Positions 19,648 to 29,590 of a stretch of DNA of 64,000 nt are shown here, piece after piece. The notes below the pieces were generated by a model. It ran no database searches, was not told the origin of the DNA, and saw only the letters and a program-made list of their open reading frames with translations. Every line of letters begins with the position of its first letter. Position 1 is the first letter of the stretch. The position numbers were made by a program, and so were the translations under genes. The DNA comes from Bacilli bacterium (lineage in GTDB: Bacteria > Bacillota_I > Bacilli_A > Izemoplasmatales > Hujiaoplasmataceae). The stretch covers positions 6,531 to 70,530 of the forward strand of contig JAGYOE010000002.1 of NCBI GenBank assembly GCA_018399755.1. Reading direction: 5' to 3'.

Positions 19648-21816
19648 ATGAAAGGAAAAGTGAACATAATGGTAAGAAAGATTAATATGAAAAACCTCAC
19701 TTGTTCAAATTGTATTGCAAAAGTTGAAAGAAGAGTCTCTAGATTAAAATATGTTAATAGTGCTTCTTTCAATTATGCTAAGCAAATCTTACTTGTGGAT
19801 TTTAAAGAAAATTATGATGAAGAAAAAGCTCTAAAAGAAATTAAAGGGATAGTTGATATCCTTGAAGATAATATTATAACCCATTATTTAGAAGATAAAG
19901 TTGAATATAAAAAAAACACATTTATTAAAGAGTATAAATATGTATTAATTGGGGTATTTATTATTTTACTTGATTTAATTGGTTATCGGTTATTTCCGTT
20001 AATAAATGATTTGTTTAATATTCAAATACCACAAATCGATTCTCCTATTAGTGATATTTTATATTGGTTAGGTTACTTATTCTTAATATCTAAGATGTTA
20101 ACTTTACAAATCAAAGGAATAAAAAACTTTAATATTTTAAATGAAAATACATTAATGATTATTGCTACTGTAGCCGCAATGGCGATTGGTCAATACGAAG
20201 AAGCTATTGCTGTTGTTATATTTTACTCTGTTGGTGAATTTTTACAAAATCGCGCTGTTCAGAAATCACGTGATGAAGTTTCATCTTTAGTTAATTTAAA
20301 AGTTGATTATGCTAATGTATTAGTTGATAATGAAGTTATAATAAGAGAACCATCACAAGTCGAAATAGGCGATATCATAGTTATTAAAAACGGCGAAAGA
20401 ATCCCGCTTGATGGTATAATAGTTGAGGGATCAACATCACTAAACACTGCAGAATTAACTGGTGAAGCAAAACTTCGAACTGTTAATATGGGTGATGAAG
20501 TTTTAAGTGGAAATATTAATGTTGGTGATATAATTCATTTAAAAGTCACCAAAACTTATGAAAATTCAACTCTAGCAAAAATAATTGATTTAATTGAAAA
20601 TTCAACTAACAAAAAATCAAAACGCGAACTTATGATAACTAAATTCGCTAGAATTTATACTCCTATTGTTGTTGGCCTAGCGGTTATTCTTGTTTTATCT
20701 GGAGCATTATTTGATTGGAGTAATGAAGGCAGTATTGAACCGTATATTTATCGAGCTGCAATATTTTTAGTTATTTCTTGTCCTTGTTCTCTTGTTTTAT
20801 CTGTTCCTTTATCATATTATGCTGGTATAGGAACAGCTGCTAAACACGGAATTTTATTTAAAGGTTCTTCTTATTTACATTCTATAACTGAAGTTGAAAC
20901 AATTGCCTTAGACAAAACCGGGACTTTAACCCATGGTGATTTCTTCATTCAAGAGTATAGCAATGATGAAACATTGCAATTAGCTGCTTCTATTGAAAAA
21001 TTCTCGAATCACCCAATTGCTAAAGCGATTGTAGACTTTAATCATCAACCTGTATTAGAAGTTGTAGATATTCAAGAAGTTCCAGGATATGGAATTAAAG
21101 GTAAAATTAAAGATAAAGAAATCTTAGCCGGCAGTAAATCTTTTCTTGCAAAAAATAATATTTTAGTTGAAGATGAAAAACTACCAATTGGTTCTTATAC
21201 ATTTGTTGCTTTCGATAATAAATACATCGGCTACATTATTATTAAAGATGAACTAAAAGAAACCTCTATGCAAACAGTTAGAGAACTTACCCAAGACTAT
21301 GATACTGTAATGTTAACCGGTGACAATGAAAAATCAGCTCGAGACATTGCTATGCAATTAGGAGGAATTGAATATTATTCAGAATTATTACCTGAAGATA
21401 AAATTCGCCAGTTTGACAATATTAGAACAAACTCAATATCAATGTATATTGGTGATGGCATAAATGATGCTCCGTTATTAAAAAATGCTGATATAGGTGT
21501 TTCTATGGGTTCTGCATCTGATATTGCAATTGAAGTATCTGATGTTATTATTATTAACAATGATATTCGTTTATTAGATAAAGCTTTTAGAATCGCTAAA
21601 AAAACTCGCTTATTATCAGCCGAAAATATTATCTTCTCAATTGCCATAAAAGTAATATTCTTAATAATGTCTACAATCGGTTTTATGTGGATGTGGTTAT
21701 CAATATTTGCTGATGTTGGCGTTGCTATTCTTTGTGTTTTAAATGCACTTAGGATTATTTATCAAAAAAAATATTTAACCAAAAAGAAAAAAGATAAAAA
21801 TCAATATCTCACTTAG
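19648..21816 (+). CDS. cadA: Heavy-metal translocating P1B-type ATPase (Zn/Cd, CadA/ZntA-like; start possibly ATG 19669)
   Basis: HMA motif TCSNC, LTGE, SCPC, DKTGT, HP, GDGINDAP, C-terminal ADVG. Confidence 0.9.
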   Translation: MKGKVNIMVRKINMKNLTCSNCIAKVERRVSRLKYVNSASFNYAKQILLVDFKENYDEEKALKEIKGIVDILEDNIITHYLEDKVEYKKNTFIKEYKYVLIGVFIILLDLIGYRLFPLINDLFNIQIPQIDSPISDILYWLGYLFLISKMLTLQIKGIKNFNILNENTLMIIATVAAMAIGQYEEAIAVVIFYSVGEFLQNRAVQKSRDEVSSLVNLKVDYANVLVDNEVIIREPSQVEIGDIIVIKNGERIPLDGIIVEGSTSLNTAELTGEAKLRTVNMGDEVLSGNINVGDIIHLKVTKTYENSTLAKIIDLIENSTNKKSKRELMITKFARIYTPIVVGLAVILVLSGALFDWSNEGSIEPYIYRAAIFLVISCPCSLVLSVPLSYYAGIGTAAKHGILFKGSSYLHSITEVETIALDKTGTLTHGDFFIQEYSNDETLQLAASIEKFSNHPIAKAIVDFNHQPVLEVVDIQEVPGYGIKGKIKDKEILAGSKSFLAKNNILVEDEKLPIGSYTFVAFDNKYIGYIIIKDELKETSMQTVRELTQDYDTVMLTGDNEKSARDIAMQLGGIEYYSELLPEDKIRQFDNIRTNSISMYIGDGINDAPLLKNADIGVSMGSASDIAIEVSDVIIINNDIRLLDKAFRIAKKTRLLSAENIIFSIAIKVIFLIMSTIGFMWMWLSIFADVGVAILCVLNALRIIYQKKYLTKKKKDKNQYLT

Positions 21817-21828
21817 TAAAGGAAAATT

Positions 21829-23121
21829 ATGGATATAGGTATTATATTAATCTTTATAGTAATTTTAATTTTAATCAATGGCTTTTACGCCGCTAGTGAA
21901 ATGGCTTTAGTATCATTAAACCCTGCTAAGATTGCTAAATTAGCTAAAGAGGGAAATAAAAACGCCAAATTAGTACGTAAAGTTCAAACCGATTCAACAA
22001 GGTATTTATCTACAATTCAAGTAGCTATTACCCTTGCTGGATTTTTATCAAGTGCCTTGGCAGGTTCAAAATTAGGAAATAGTTTTGTTGAATTATTTCT
22101 CTTTATTGGTATTGTAATACCAGAAACTGTTGCGGTTGTAATAATAACGGTTATTCTATCTTATATTACCTTAGTTTTAGGAGAGTTAGTGCCTAAAAGA
22201 GTAGCTTTAAATAGCCCTGAGAAATTTTCGATGTTTTCAATTAAAATCGTATATTTAACTATGATCTTAACTAAACCTTTAGTTTGGTTATTAACTGTTA
22301 CTACTAAAGGAGTTTTAAAATTAATTGGCTATGATAAAGTTAGTCGCAATAAAGATATATCTGAAGATGAAATTAAACGACTTATTAGGCACGGGCATTC
22401 AGAAGGTTTATACCAATCTGAAGAAAAAGATATGTTAGAGAGCATTTTTAGATTTGATGATATCCGCGCAGAAGCTATTATGACACCTAGAACAAATGTT
22501 TATGCTATTAATATTGATGATGATAACTCTAAGATTATTAGCGAAATAATCAATTCAAGTTATTCAAGAATTCCAGTTTACAAAAATAAAATTGATAACA
22601 TACAAGGTATTATTCATGTAAAAGATGTGCTTATACAAGCTAATAATCTCGGATTCGAAAATGTTGATATTGCAAAAATATTAAGAAAACCATTTTATGT
22701 GCCAACCAGTATAAAAATAAATGATTTATTTAAAAGAATGCAAGAAGAAAAACATCAAATCTCAATAATTTTAGATGATTATGGTGGAATGGAAGGCGTT
22801 ATTACCATTGAAGATTTAATAGAAGAAATAGTTGGTAATATCTATGACGAATACGATAATATCGAAGAAGAAATTAAACAAGTTGATAATAATCAATACT
22901 TAATTAATGGAACTTTACCAATTCAAGATATCAATCGCTATTTAAAATTAAATATTAGTGACAAATATGAAACTCTCAATGGTTTGATTATTGATAAACT
23001 AGAATATATTCCTAAAGCCAATAAAAATGATATAGTTTATTATCAGAATTTAGTAATTGAGGTAAAATCAGTAGTTAATAATCGTATTGAAAAAGTTTTA
23101 TTAACAATAGAAAAAAAATAG
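21829..23121 (+). CDS. Hemolysin-family / CNNM (DUF21-CBS-CorC) Mg2+/Co2+ transport protein
   Basis: NGFYAASEMA, GELVPK, MTPR, YSRIPV, DDYGG..IEDLIEEIVGNI.DEYD. Confidence 0.9.
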   Translation: MDIGIILIFIVILILINGFYAASEMALVSLNPAKIAKLAKEGNKNAKLVRKVQTDSTRYLSTIQVAITLAGFLSSALAGSKLGNSFVELFLFIGIVIPETVAVVIITVILSYITLVLGELVPKRVALNSPEKFSMFSIKIVYLTMILTKPLVWLLTVTTKGVLKLIGYDKVSRNKDISEDEIKRLIRHGHSEGLYQSEEKDMLESIFRFDDIRAEAIMTPRTNVYAINIDDDNSKIISEIINSSYSRIPVYKNKIDNIQGIIHVKDVLIQANNLGFENVDIAKILRKPFYVPTSIKINDLFKRMQEEKHQISIILDDYGGMEGVITIEDLIEEIVGNIYDEYDNIEEEIKQVDNNQYLINGTLPIQDINRYLKLNISDKYETLNGLIIDKLEYIPKANKNDIVYYQNLVIEVKSVVNNRIEKVLLTIEKK

Positions 23122-23145
23122 TTTGGCGAATTGCCAAACTATTTT
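23111..23145. terminator. Bidirectional terminator between CNNM gene and tyrS
   Basis: AAAATAGTTTGGC-GAATT-GCCAAACTATTTT. Confidence 0.8.
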
Positions 23146-24382
23146 AATTATGTTTAATTACTCCGTATTTCTTTTTACCTTTTCTAATAACAGTATACTT
23201 CTTACCAAAGGCTAATGATTTATCAATTTGATGGTAAGTATCATTTATTTTCTCACCGTTAATTGATACAGCATTATTTTTAATCATTTCTCTTGCTTCT
23301 CGTTTAGAATTGACTAAAGATAATTTAATTAAACCATCTACTAAATTTATTGGTTCATCAACTAAAATAGAAGGTAAATCTTTAAAGCCCATTTCTATTT
23401 CATCTACATTTAAATTTTTGATATTTCCACTAAATAAAGCTTCACTAACATTAATAGCTTTTTTTAATTCCTTCTCGCCATGAACAAGTTTAGTTAATTC
23501 TTTAGCAAGAATATTTTGAGCCAAACGTTTTTCAGGCTCTTTTTTTAATGATTCTGCAATTTCTTCAATTTTACTTTTTTCTAAAAATGTAAATTGTTTT
23601 AATCTATTAATTACATCATCATCACTAGTGTTAATCCAGTATTGATAAAATTCGTAAACTGAAGTTTTATCTTTATCTAACCATATCGCTCCTGATTCGG
23701 TTTTTCCAAATTTAGTTCCATCAGCTTTTGTTACTAAAGGAAAAGTCAATCCATATACTTTAGCATCACTAGAATGAACTCTTCTTATTAATTCAGAACC
23801 TGAGGTAATATTTCCCCATTGGTCTTGTCCACCGATTTGCAATTTACAATTGTAATTTTTAAAAAGATGTTCAAAATCCCATGCTTGAATTATTTGATAA
23901 GAAAATTCAGTAAAAGAAATCCCTTTTTCAATTCGCGATTTAACTGAGTCTTTAGCCATCATATAATTAATGCTAAAATGTTTTCCAATATCTCTTAAAA
24001 ATTCAATAGCGTTTAACTTTGATAGCCAATCGTAGTTATTTACTATTGTAGCAGTTGGTAATATTCTTTTTACTTGTTTTGTAATTCCATCAGCATTTTT
24101 TAGTGATTCTTCAATTGTAAGTAATTTTCTCTCTTCACTTTTATAGCTTGGATCACCAATTAAACCTGTTCCGCCACCAATAACTAAGATTGGATGATGT
24201 CCAAATAATTCTAATCTTTTAGCAACTAAATAAGCTAAAAGGTGCCCTACATGTAAACTATTTGCGGTTGGATCTGCGCCTAAATAAAAATTAAATTTTT
24301 CAATCTCTAGTTTTTGTTCTATTTCTTTATCAGTGACTTGATATATCAGGCCGCGCCATTTTAAGTCTTCGAATAAATTCAT
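23144..24382 (-). CDS. tyrS: Tyrosyl-tRNA synthetase
   Basis: GADPTA.SLHVGH, QIGGQDQWGNI, KFGKT, C-terminal S4 domain RKGKK. Confidence 0.98.
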   Translation of the reverse strand: MNLFEDLKWRGLIYQVTDKEIEQKLEIEKFNFYLGADPTANSLHVGHLLAYLVAKRLELFGHHPILVIGGGTGLIGDPSYKSEERKLLTIEESLKNADGITKQVKRILPTATIVNNYDWLSKLNAIEFLRDIGKHFSINYMMAKDSVKSRIEKGISFTEFSYQIIQAWDFEHLFKNYNCKLQIGGQDQWGNITSGSELIRRVHSSDAKVYGLTFPLVTKADGTKFGKTESGAIWLDKDKTSVYEFYQYWINTSDDDVINRLKQFTFLEKSKIEEIAESLKKEPEKRLAQNILAKELTKLVHGEKELKKAINVSEALFSGNIKNLNVDEIEMGFKDLPSILVDEPINLVDGLIKLSLVNSKREAREMIKNNAVSINGEKINDTYHQIDKSLAFGKKYTVIRKGKKKYGVIKHN

Positions 24383-24400
24383 TTTTTCCTCCTGAGTAAA

Positions 24401-25417
24401 TTATTTTTTTGTTGTATCTCTATGAATAATGCTATGTGGTAATTCAAAATATTTTTGTTTAGAAATATTCCCATCAATTTCTTGTTTCAATAATGACATT
24501 GCCTTAACACCAATATCAGTAATTGGAATATCTATACATGATAATCTTGGTCTTGATAAAGAAGCATATTTTGTGTTTTGAAATCCAAACACAGAAATAT
24601 CTTTAGGAACTTTTCTGCCTTTAGATATCATTGAATTTATAAAAGATACAGCTATTGAATCCCTTACGGCTACGACACCATCAAGTTTTTTTCCCGCTTC
24701 TAAATATAATTCATCAAAGTGAACAGTATTTATTGATATATCGCCACTTGTACGATAAATATGTGGTTCTAAGTTTGCTTCATCGATTGCTTTTAAATAT
24801 CCAGATTCCTTTAAATCGTTAACCATGTATTTTCTTGCGGTAGTTAACATATAAATGTTTTTTCTTCCTTCTTCTATTAACTCTTTTGTAATTTCATAAC
24901 CCGCTTTATAATAATCTATTGAAACAGTAGTTAATTTATTTTCATATGGATATAATGTGTTCGCTAAAATTATCGGAATAGTGTAATCTTCTTTGATTTT
25001 ATTTAGCATTTGGTATTGTTGTTCGTTTATTTCATCATTCATATAAAGAATTCCATCTGCTTGAGAAGCTACAACTTCTTTTAGCATTTCTGATTCTTCT
25101 TCATACTCATCTTTTAAAACATAAAGAATTAATGAATAATTATATTTTCTCGCTTCAATGGCAATTCCATTAACCATCTCAGCAATTGATGATCTTGTCA
25201 TATCAGGAACCATTACCGCTACTGAAGTTGATCTTCTGCTAGCTAAACCACGTGCAAAAGCATTGGGTTTATAACCCAATTCTTCAATGACTTTTAAAAC
25301 TTTTTCTCTAGTTTCCTTTTTTACTTTTTCAGGATTATTTAAGGTTCTTGATACTGTAGCCAAGGATACATCGGCTCTCATAGCTACATTATAGATAGTC
25401 GCTTTAGTCTTTGCCAT
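24401..25417 (-). CDS. ccpA: LacI-family regulator, catabolite control protein A
   Basis: TIYNVA..ADVSLATVSR HTH, YKPNAFARGLASRRS; position beside tyrS. Confidence 0.8.
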   Translation of the reverse strand: MAKTKATIYNVAMRADVSLATVSRTLNNPEKVKKETREKVLKVIEELGYKPNAFARGLASRRSTSVAVMVPDMTRSSIAEMVNGIAIEARKYNYSLILYVLKDEYEEESEMLKEVVASQADGILYMNDEINEQQYQMLNKIKEDYTIPIILANTLYPYENKLTTVSIDYYKAGYEITKELIEEGRKNIYMLTTARKYMVNDLKESGYLKAIDEANLEPHIYRTSGDISINTVHFDELYLEAGKKLDGVVAVRDSIAVSFINSMISKGRKVPKDISVFGFQNTKYASLSRPRLSCIDIPITDIGVKAMSLLKQEIDGNISKQKYFELPHSIIHRDTTKK

Positions 25418-25504
25418 ACTATCATCTCCATTCTTATCACCTTATATTTTACCATAAAATAGCAATCTTTCAATTAAGAATGAAAAAATTTTCATAAAGC
25501 AAAT

Positions 25505-25538
25505 AAAAAATGAGACAATAATTGTCTCACTTTTTTTT
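25505..25538 (-). terminator. Intrinsic terminator after rplS
   Basis: TGAGACAAT-A-ATTGTCTCA flanked by A and T runs. Confidence 0.75.
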
Positions 25539-25884
25539 AGCGTTTTTCTTTAATTCTTGATTTTTTAGTAGATAGTCCACGAATATATCCTAGATATGCT
25601 CTACGAACTTTTCCACGACGTTTAACCTTGATACTATCAATAACTGGTGAATGTAATAAGAAAGTTTTTTCAATTCCAACTCCATAAGAAATTTTTCTTA
25701 CAGTGAAAGTTTCACTAACTCCTCCACCTTGTTTTTTGATGCACAAGCCTTCAAAAACTTGGATACGTTCACGGTTACCCTCTTTAATTTTTAATGCAAC
25801 TTGTAAGGTATCTCCTGAACGAAAATCAGGTAGGTCTTTTTTAAGATATTCTTGAGTAATATCTTTGATTAATTGCTGCGACAT
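25537..25884 (-). CDS. rplS: 50S ribosomal protein L19 (start ATG 25884)
   Basis: [38 protein letters not shown]. Confidence 0.98.
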   Translation of the reverse strand: MSQQLIKDITQEYLKKDLPDFRSGDTLQVALKIKEGNRERIQVFEGLCIKKQGGGVSETFTVRKISYGVGIEKTFLLHSPVIDSIKVKRRGKVRRAYLGYIRGLSTKKSRIKEKR

Positions 25885-25907
25885 TTTGGTCAACTCCTTT
25901 TAAAATC

Positions 25908-25942
25908 TCCTCGGTTCTTAGATAATCCATCGGAACAAAGGG
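25908..25942 (-). promoter_or_regulatory. L19 ribosomal protein leader-like RNA
   Basis: Minus-strand TGTTCCGATGGATTATCTAAGAACC resembles the GUUCCGCUG...AAGAGC core of the Firmicutes L19 leader (recalled); it lies between a TTGCTT-17-TATAAT promoter and rplS. Confidence 0.6.
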
Positions 25943-25999
25943 TTATTCAATTCTTTTCAGCATTACGATTATAGCATATGCTAGTTGTAAAAGCAAATA

Positions 26000-26689
26000 T
26001 TATTTCGTGTTTTTTTGATACTTTTTATATAAATCAGGTCGCCTAATTTTAGTTCTTTCTATTTGTTTGTTTTTTCGCCATTCTTCAATTAATTTATGAT
26101 TACCATTTAATAAAACATCAGGAACTTTTAAACCATTAAATTCACGTGGTTTTGTATATTGTGGATAATCTAATAAACCATTATAAAACGAATCATTAAT
26201 ATATGAGTCTTTGTCACCAATAGCTCCAGGTATCATCCTAACCACTGAATCAACTATAGCTAAAGCTCCAATTTCACCACCAGATAAAACAAAATCTCCT
26301 ATCGATATTTCAGCATCTACATATTCTCTAACTCTTTCATCAAAACCTTCATAATGGCCACATATTAGAATAATATGATCTTTTTTTACAAATTGATTAG
26401 CCAGCTTTTGATTATAAGTTTTGCCCTGAGGGGTTAATAAAACTTTATATGCTGATTTATAGTCTTCAATGCTTTTTAATGCAAAATATATCGGTTCAAC
26501 AGAAAGCACCATTCCAGCACCCCCGCCATAAGGAGTGTCATCAACTGTTTTATGTTTATTTTGTGAAAAAACTCGATAGTTAATGATTTCGAATTCTACT
26601 AAGTCTTGTTCTTTTGCACGGTTAATAATCGAAGCGTTTAATGTTGGTAAAATCATTTCTGGAAATAAAGTTAAGATTGTAATCTTCAA
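26000..26689 (-). CDS. trmD: tRNA (guanine-N1)-methyltransferase
   Basis: VDDTPYGGGAGM, CGHYEGFDER, SIGDFVLSGGE, YPQYTKP. Confidence 0.99.
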   Translation of the reverse strand: MKITILTLFPEMILPTLNASIINRAKEQDLVEFEIINYRVFSQNKHKTVDDTPYGGGAGMVLSVEPIYFALKSIEDYKSAYKVLLTPQGKTYNQKLANQFVKKDHIILICGHYEGFDERVREYVDAEISIGDFVLSGGEIGALAIVDSVVRMIPGAIGDKDSYINDSFYNGLLDYPQYTKPREFNGLKVPDVLLNGNHKLIEEWRKNKQIERTKIRRPDLYKKYQKNTK

Positions 26690-27180
26690 AATAAACCCTC
26701 CATTTCAATTATATCAATTCTATTGCTATCCATTGCTACAATAAATTCATCCCTAAAAGGTATCAATATCTTTTTTTCTTTGGTTTTGATAACTAAATAA
26801 TCATCACTAGGATAATTTTTAATATCTACTACTTCGCCTTTAAGTTGTTTATTCTGATATACCTTAAGTCCAATTAAATCATCTTGATGAAATTCATTTT
26901 CTGGCAAAGAAAAATCATAGTCTAAATCCATATATAAATTAAATTTATTATATTTTTTTACTGTATCAATATTATCTAATCCTTCTAATGTTAAAAGATG
27001 ATGTTTTCCTTGTTGGAGATATTTTTTTACATTAAATTTAATATAGTTATTATCTTCATTTAAAAAAACAGTATTTCCTGGTTTTAATCTTTCCGGTAAA
27101 AATGCTGAAAATGGCTTAATTTTAATTTCTCCCTTTAAGCCTTTAAAGCCAATTATTTTTCCTATTAGTTGATATTCCAT
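26686..27180 (-). CDS. rimM: 16S rRNA processing protein RimM (start ATG 27180)
   Basis: IGKI..GLKGEIK, DLIGL.V, ILIPF; rimM-trmD-rplS synteny. Confidence 0.92.
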   Translation of the reverse strand: MEYQLIGKIIGFKGLKGEIKIKPFSAFLPERLKPGNTVFLNEDNNYIKFNVKKYLQQGKHHLLTLEGLDNIDTVKKYNKFNLYMDLDYDFSLPENEFHQDDLIGLKVYQNKQLKGEVVDIKNYPSDDYLVIKTKEKKILIPFRDEFIVAMDSNRIDIIEMEGLF

Positions 27181-27312
27181 AAAAATCACCTTCAATATTA
27201 TTATGATTAGATTATACTATAAATAAAAATTTTATTAAACCTATTAAATCCTAAATAGATATTTATTATTCTTTCATTATAAGATATAATAATAAATTAA
27301 AGAGAGGTTCTT

Positions 27313-28434
27313 ATGAAAAAAGCATTAAAAATTACTTTTATAACATTTACTGTAATTTTGGTTTTTATTGTTGGTTTTGTCTTAACTTTACATGTTTTTG
27401 AATTTAGACCAAATGAAACTAAAAACATTGCGATAACGAATAATTTGGATAACGAAAATAATAATTATGTAGAACTTAATAAAGAAATCTCAATCTTAAC
27501 TTTTAATACTGGTTATGCTTCTTTAAGTGAAACTGAAGACTTTGTTATGGATGGTGGAACAAAAACTAAAATGGATTCACAAGCTGAGGTTGAAGTAAAT
27601 CTTGAGGGAATAGAAACAATTCTTACTAGAGAAAGCGTAGACATCTATCTTTTACAAGAAATTGATATTGACTCAAAAAGATCTTTTAATATCAATCAAT
27701 ATGAAATATATCAAGACGCGCTAATAGAGTACAATTCAACTCTTGCCTATAATTACCGCGCTATATTTGTACCTTTTCCATTTAATCCGACAAAAATGTT
27801 AGGTAAAGTCAATTCTGGGATTGCTACTTTTAGTAATTTTTACTTAGAAGAATCAACTAGATTTCAACTTCCTGGCAGCTTTCCCTGGCCAGTAAGATTA
27901 GCCAATCTAAAAAGAGCACTATTAATTAATAGATACCCAATTGCTTCTTCTGATAAAGAATTAGTTATTATTAACCTACATTTATCAGCATATGACGATG
28001 GCACAATGAGAAAACAAGAAATGGAAGCTTTAAAAACAATTATGCTGGAAGAAAAAAATAAAGGAAATTATGTTATAGCAGGCGGAGATTTCAATCAAAG
28101 TTTTCCTAGTGCATATAGTGACTACCAAAATGAAGAGGATTTTCAATATAAAGATATTTATACATTAAAAGAAGCTTTTTATTGGCAAGCTTATCCACTA
28201 GAAGAATTATGGTTTGAAGATAATGACTTTATTTTTGGAGTTGATTCATCAACTCCAACATGTAGATTATTAAATAAGCCATTAGATACAGAAAATCCAA
28301 ACAACAATCAATATTATTTAATTGATGGTTATATAGTATCAAATAATGTAACACTTATCTCTGTAGATACTTTAGACGAGAATTTTAAATACAGTGATCA
28401 TAATCCTGTTAAACTAGTTTTAAAATTAAAATAA
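27313..28434 (+). CDS. Membrane-anchored endonuclease/exonuclease/phosphatase (EEP) family protein
   Basis: N-terminal TM segment; TFNTGY, LQEID, NLHLSAY, GGDFN, IDG, SDHNPV. Confidence 0.85.
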   Translation: MKKALKITFITFTVILVFIVGFVLTLHVFEFRPNETKNIAITNNLDNENNNYVELNKEISILTFNTGYASLSETEDFVMDGGTKTKMDSQAEVEVNLEGIETILTRESVDIYLLQEIDIDSKRSFNINQYEIYQDALIEYNSTLAYNYRAIFVPFPFNPTKMLGKVNSGIATFSNFYLEESTRFQLPGSFPWPVRLANLKRALLINRYPIASSDKELVIINLHLSAYDDGTMRKQEMEALKTIMLEEKNKGNYVIAGGDFNQSFPSAYSDYQNEEDFQYKDIYTLKEAFYWQAYPLEELWFEDNDFIFGVDSSTPTCRLLNKPLDTENPNNNQYYLIDGYIVSNNVTLISVDTLDENFKYSDHNPVKLVLKLK

Positions 28435-28470
28435 AAAAAAGATCAAAGCGAAAATTGCTTTGATCTTTTT
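28433..28470. terminator. Bidirectional terminator between EEP gene and peroxiredoxin
   Basis: AAAAAGATCAAAGC...GCTTTGATCTTTTT. Confidence 0.8.
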
Positions 28471-28479
28471 ATATCTAAT

Positions 28480-29163
28480 TTACTTTTTATCTTTTTTAAA
28501 ACACATGAACCAATCTAAACAATATACATCTTTATCTTTGGTGTTAACTCTTTCTTTAGCTGAACCACAAGATCCAGGTGGTGGAAGTATTACATCATCT
28601 CCTGGTCTCCAATCTGCTGGTGTAGCAACTCCATCTGAATCTGCTTTTTGTAAAGCTTGTATAATTCTTTTTAATTCATCAAAGTTTCTACCAGTAGAAA
28701 GTGGATAATAAAGAATAGTTCTAATAATTCCTTTAGGGTCAATAACAAAGACCGCTCTAACCGCTTGGGTAGATGATTGATTAGGTTGAATCATTCCGAA
28801 CTTGTTAGCTACATCCATTTTAATATCTTCGATTAAAGGGAAAGTAACATCTAAGTTTTTCATGTCTTTCCATTCCAAATCATTAATTTTTCTTAACCAA
28901 GCAATGTGTGAATGTAATGAATCCACAGATAATCCAATAAGTTCAGTATTAAGTTCTTTAAATTCATCTAACATTTTTGTAAATGTCATAAACTCAGTAG
29001 TACAAACCGGGGTGAAATCTGCTGGATGTGAGAAAAGAATCACCCATTTTCCTTCATAATCAACTGGAAAGTTAATCTCTCCTTGTGTTGTGACCGCAGA
29101 AAAACTTGGTGCTGGATCACCTATCAAAGGCATTTGATAAAAATCATTTTTTTCTTCTTCCAT
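28480..29163 (-). CDS. Peroxiredoxin (Prx6 subfamily)
   Basis: HPADFTPVCTTEF, GRNFDE, TPADW, C-terminal CLDWFMC. Confidence 0.93.
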   Translation of the reverse strand: MEEEKNDFYQMPLIGDPAPSFSAVTTQGEINFPVDYEGKWVILFSHPADFTPVCTTEFMTFTKMLDEFKELNTELIGLSVDSLHSHIAWLRKINDLEWKDMKNLDVTFPLIEDIKMDVANKFGMIQPNQSSTQAVRAVFVIDPKGIIRTILYYPLSTGRNFDELKRIIQALQKADSDGVATPADWRPGDDVILPPPGSCGSAKERVNTKDKDVYCLDWFMCFKKDKK

Positions 29164-29242
29164 AATTTCCTCCTATTATTTTAATTTTATATTTAAATTA
29201 TAACATATTATGTTAGAGTTGTCTAACTTTTTTTACTTAGAA

Positions 29243-29581
29243 TTAATGTTTACTCTCCGTACAAGGTTCTTGTTTATAGTTTAAATTTCCTTTAACAAAT
29301 GTTTTAATTACTTCTTGAGCTTCTCCAACCACATTCATATAACATTTGATGCCTAAATCCTCTAAATATTCAACTGCCATTTTTCCAATTCCACCAGTAA
29401 TAACAACATCTACTTCATTATCTTTTAAAAACTTTGGTAAATAGCCTTTTTGGTGTGGAGGATTTTTAAGTACATATGATCCTAAAATTTCATTATCAGA
29501 AACCTTATAAATCAGAAAATAATCACAATGTCCAAAATGCTCAGTAATCATATTATTTTTTACACTTAAAGCAACTTTCAT
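29243..29581 (-). CDS. NifB/NifX-like (dinitrogenase FeMo-cofactor family) protein
   Basis: HFGHCDYF, NPPH, VITGGIG..A. Confidence 0.85.
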   Translation of the reverse strand: MKVALSVKNNMITEHFGHCDYFLIYKVSDNEILGSYVLKNPPHQKGYLPKFLKDNEVDVVITGGIGKMAVEYLEDLGIKCYMNVVGEAQEVIKTFVKGNLNYKQEPCTESKH

Positions 29582-29590
29582 ATTTTACTC

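Noticed and set aside
29201-29228. Palindrome TAACATA-T-TATGTTA upstream of the peroxiredoxin
   Set aside because: Almost all A/T and compatible with chance in this genome; it cannot be assigned to PerR or Fur from sequence alone
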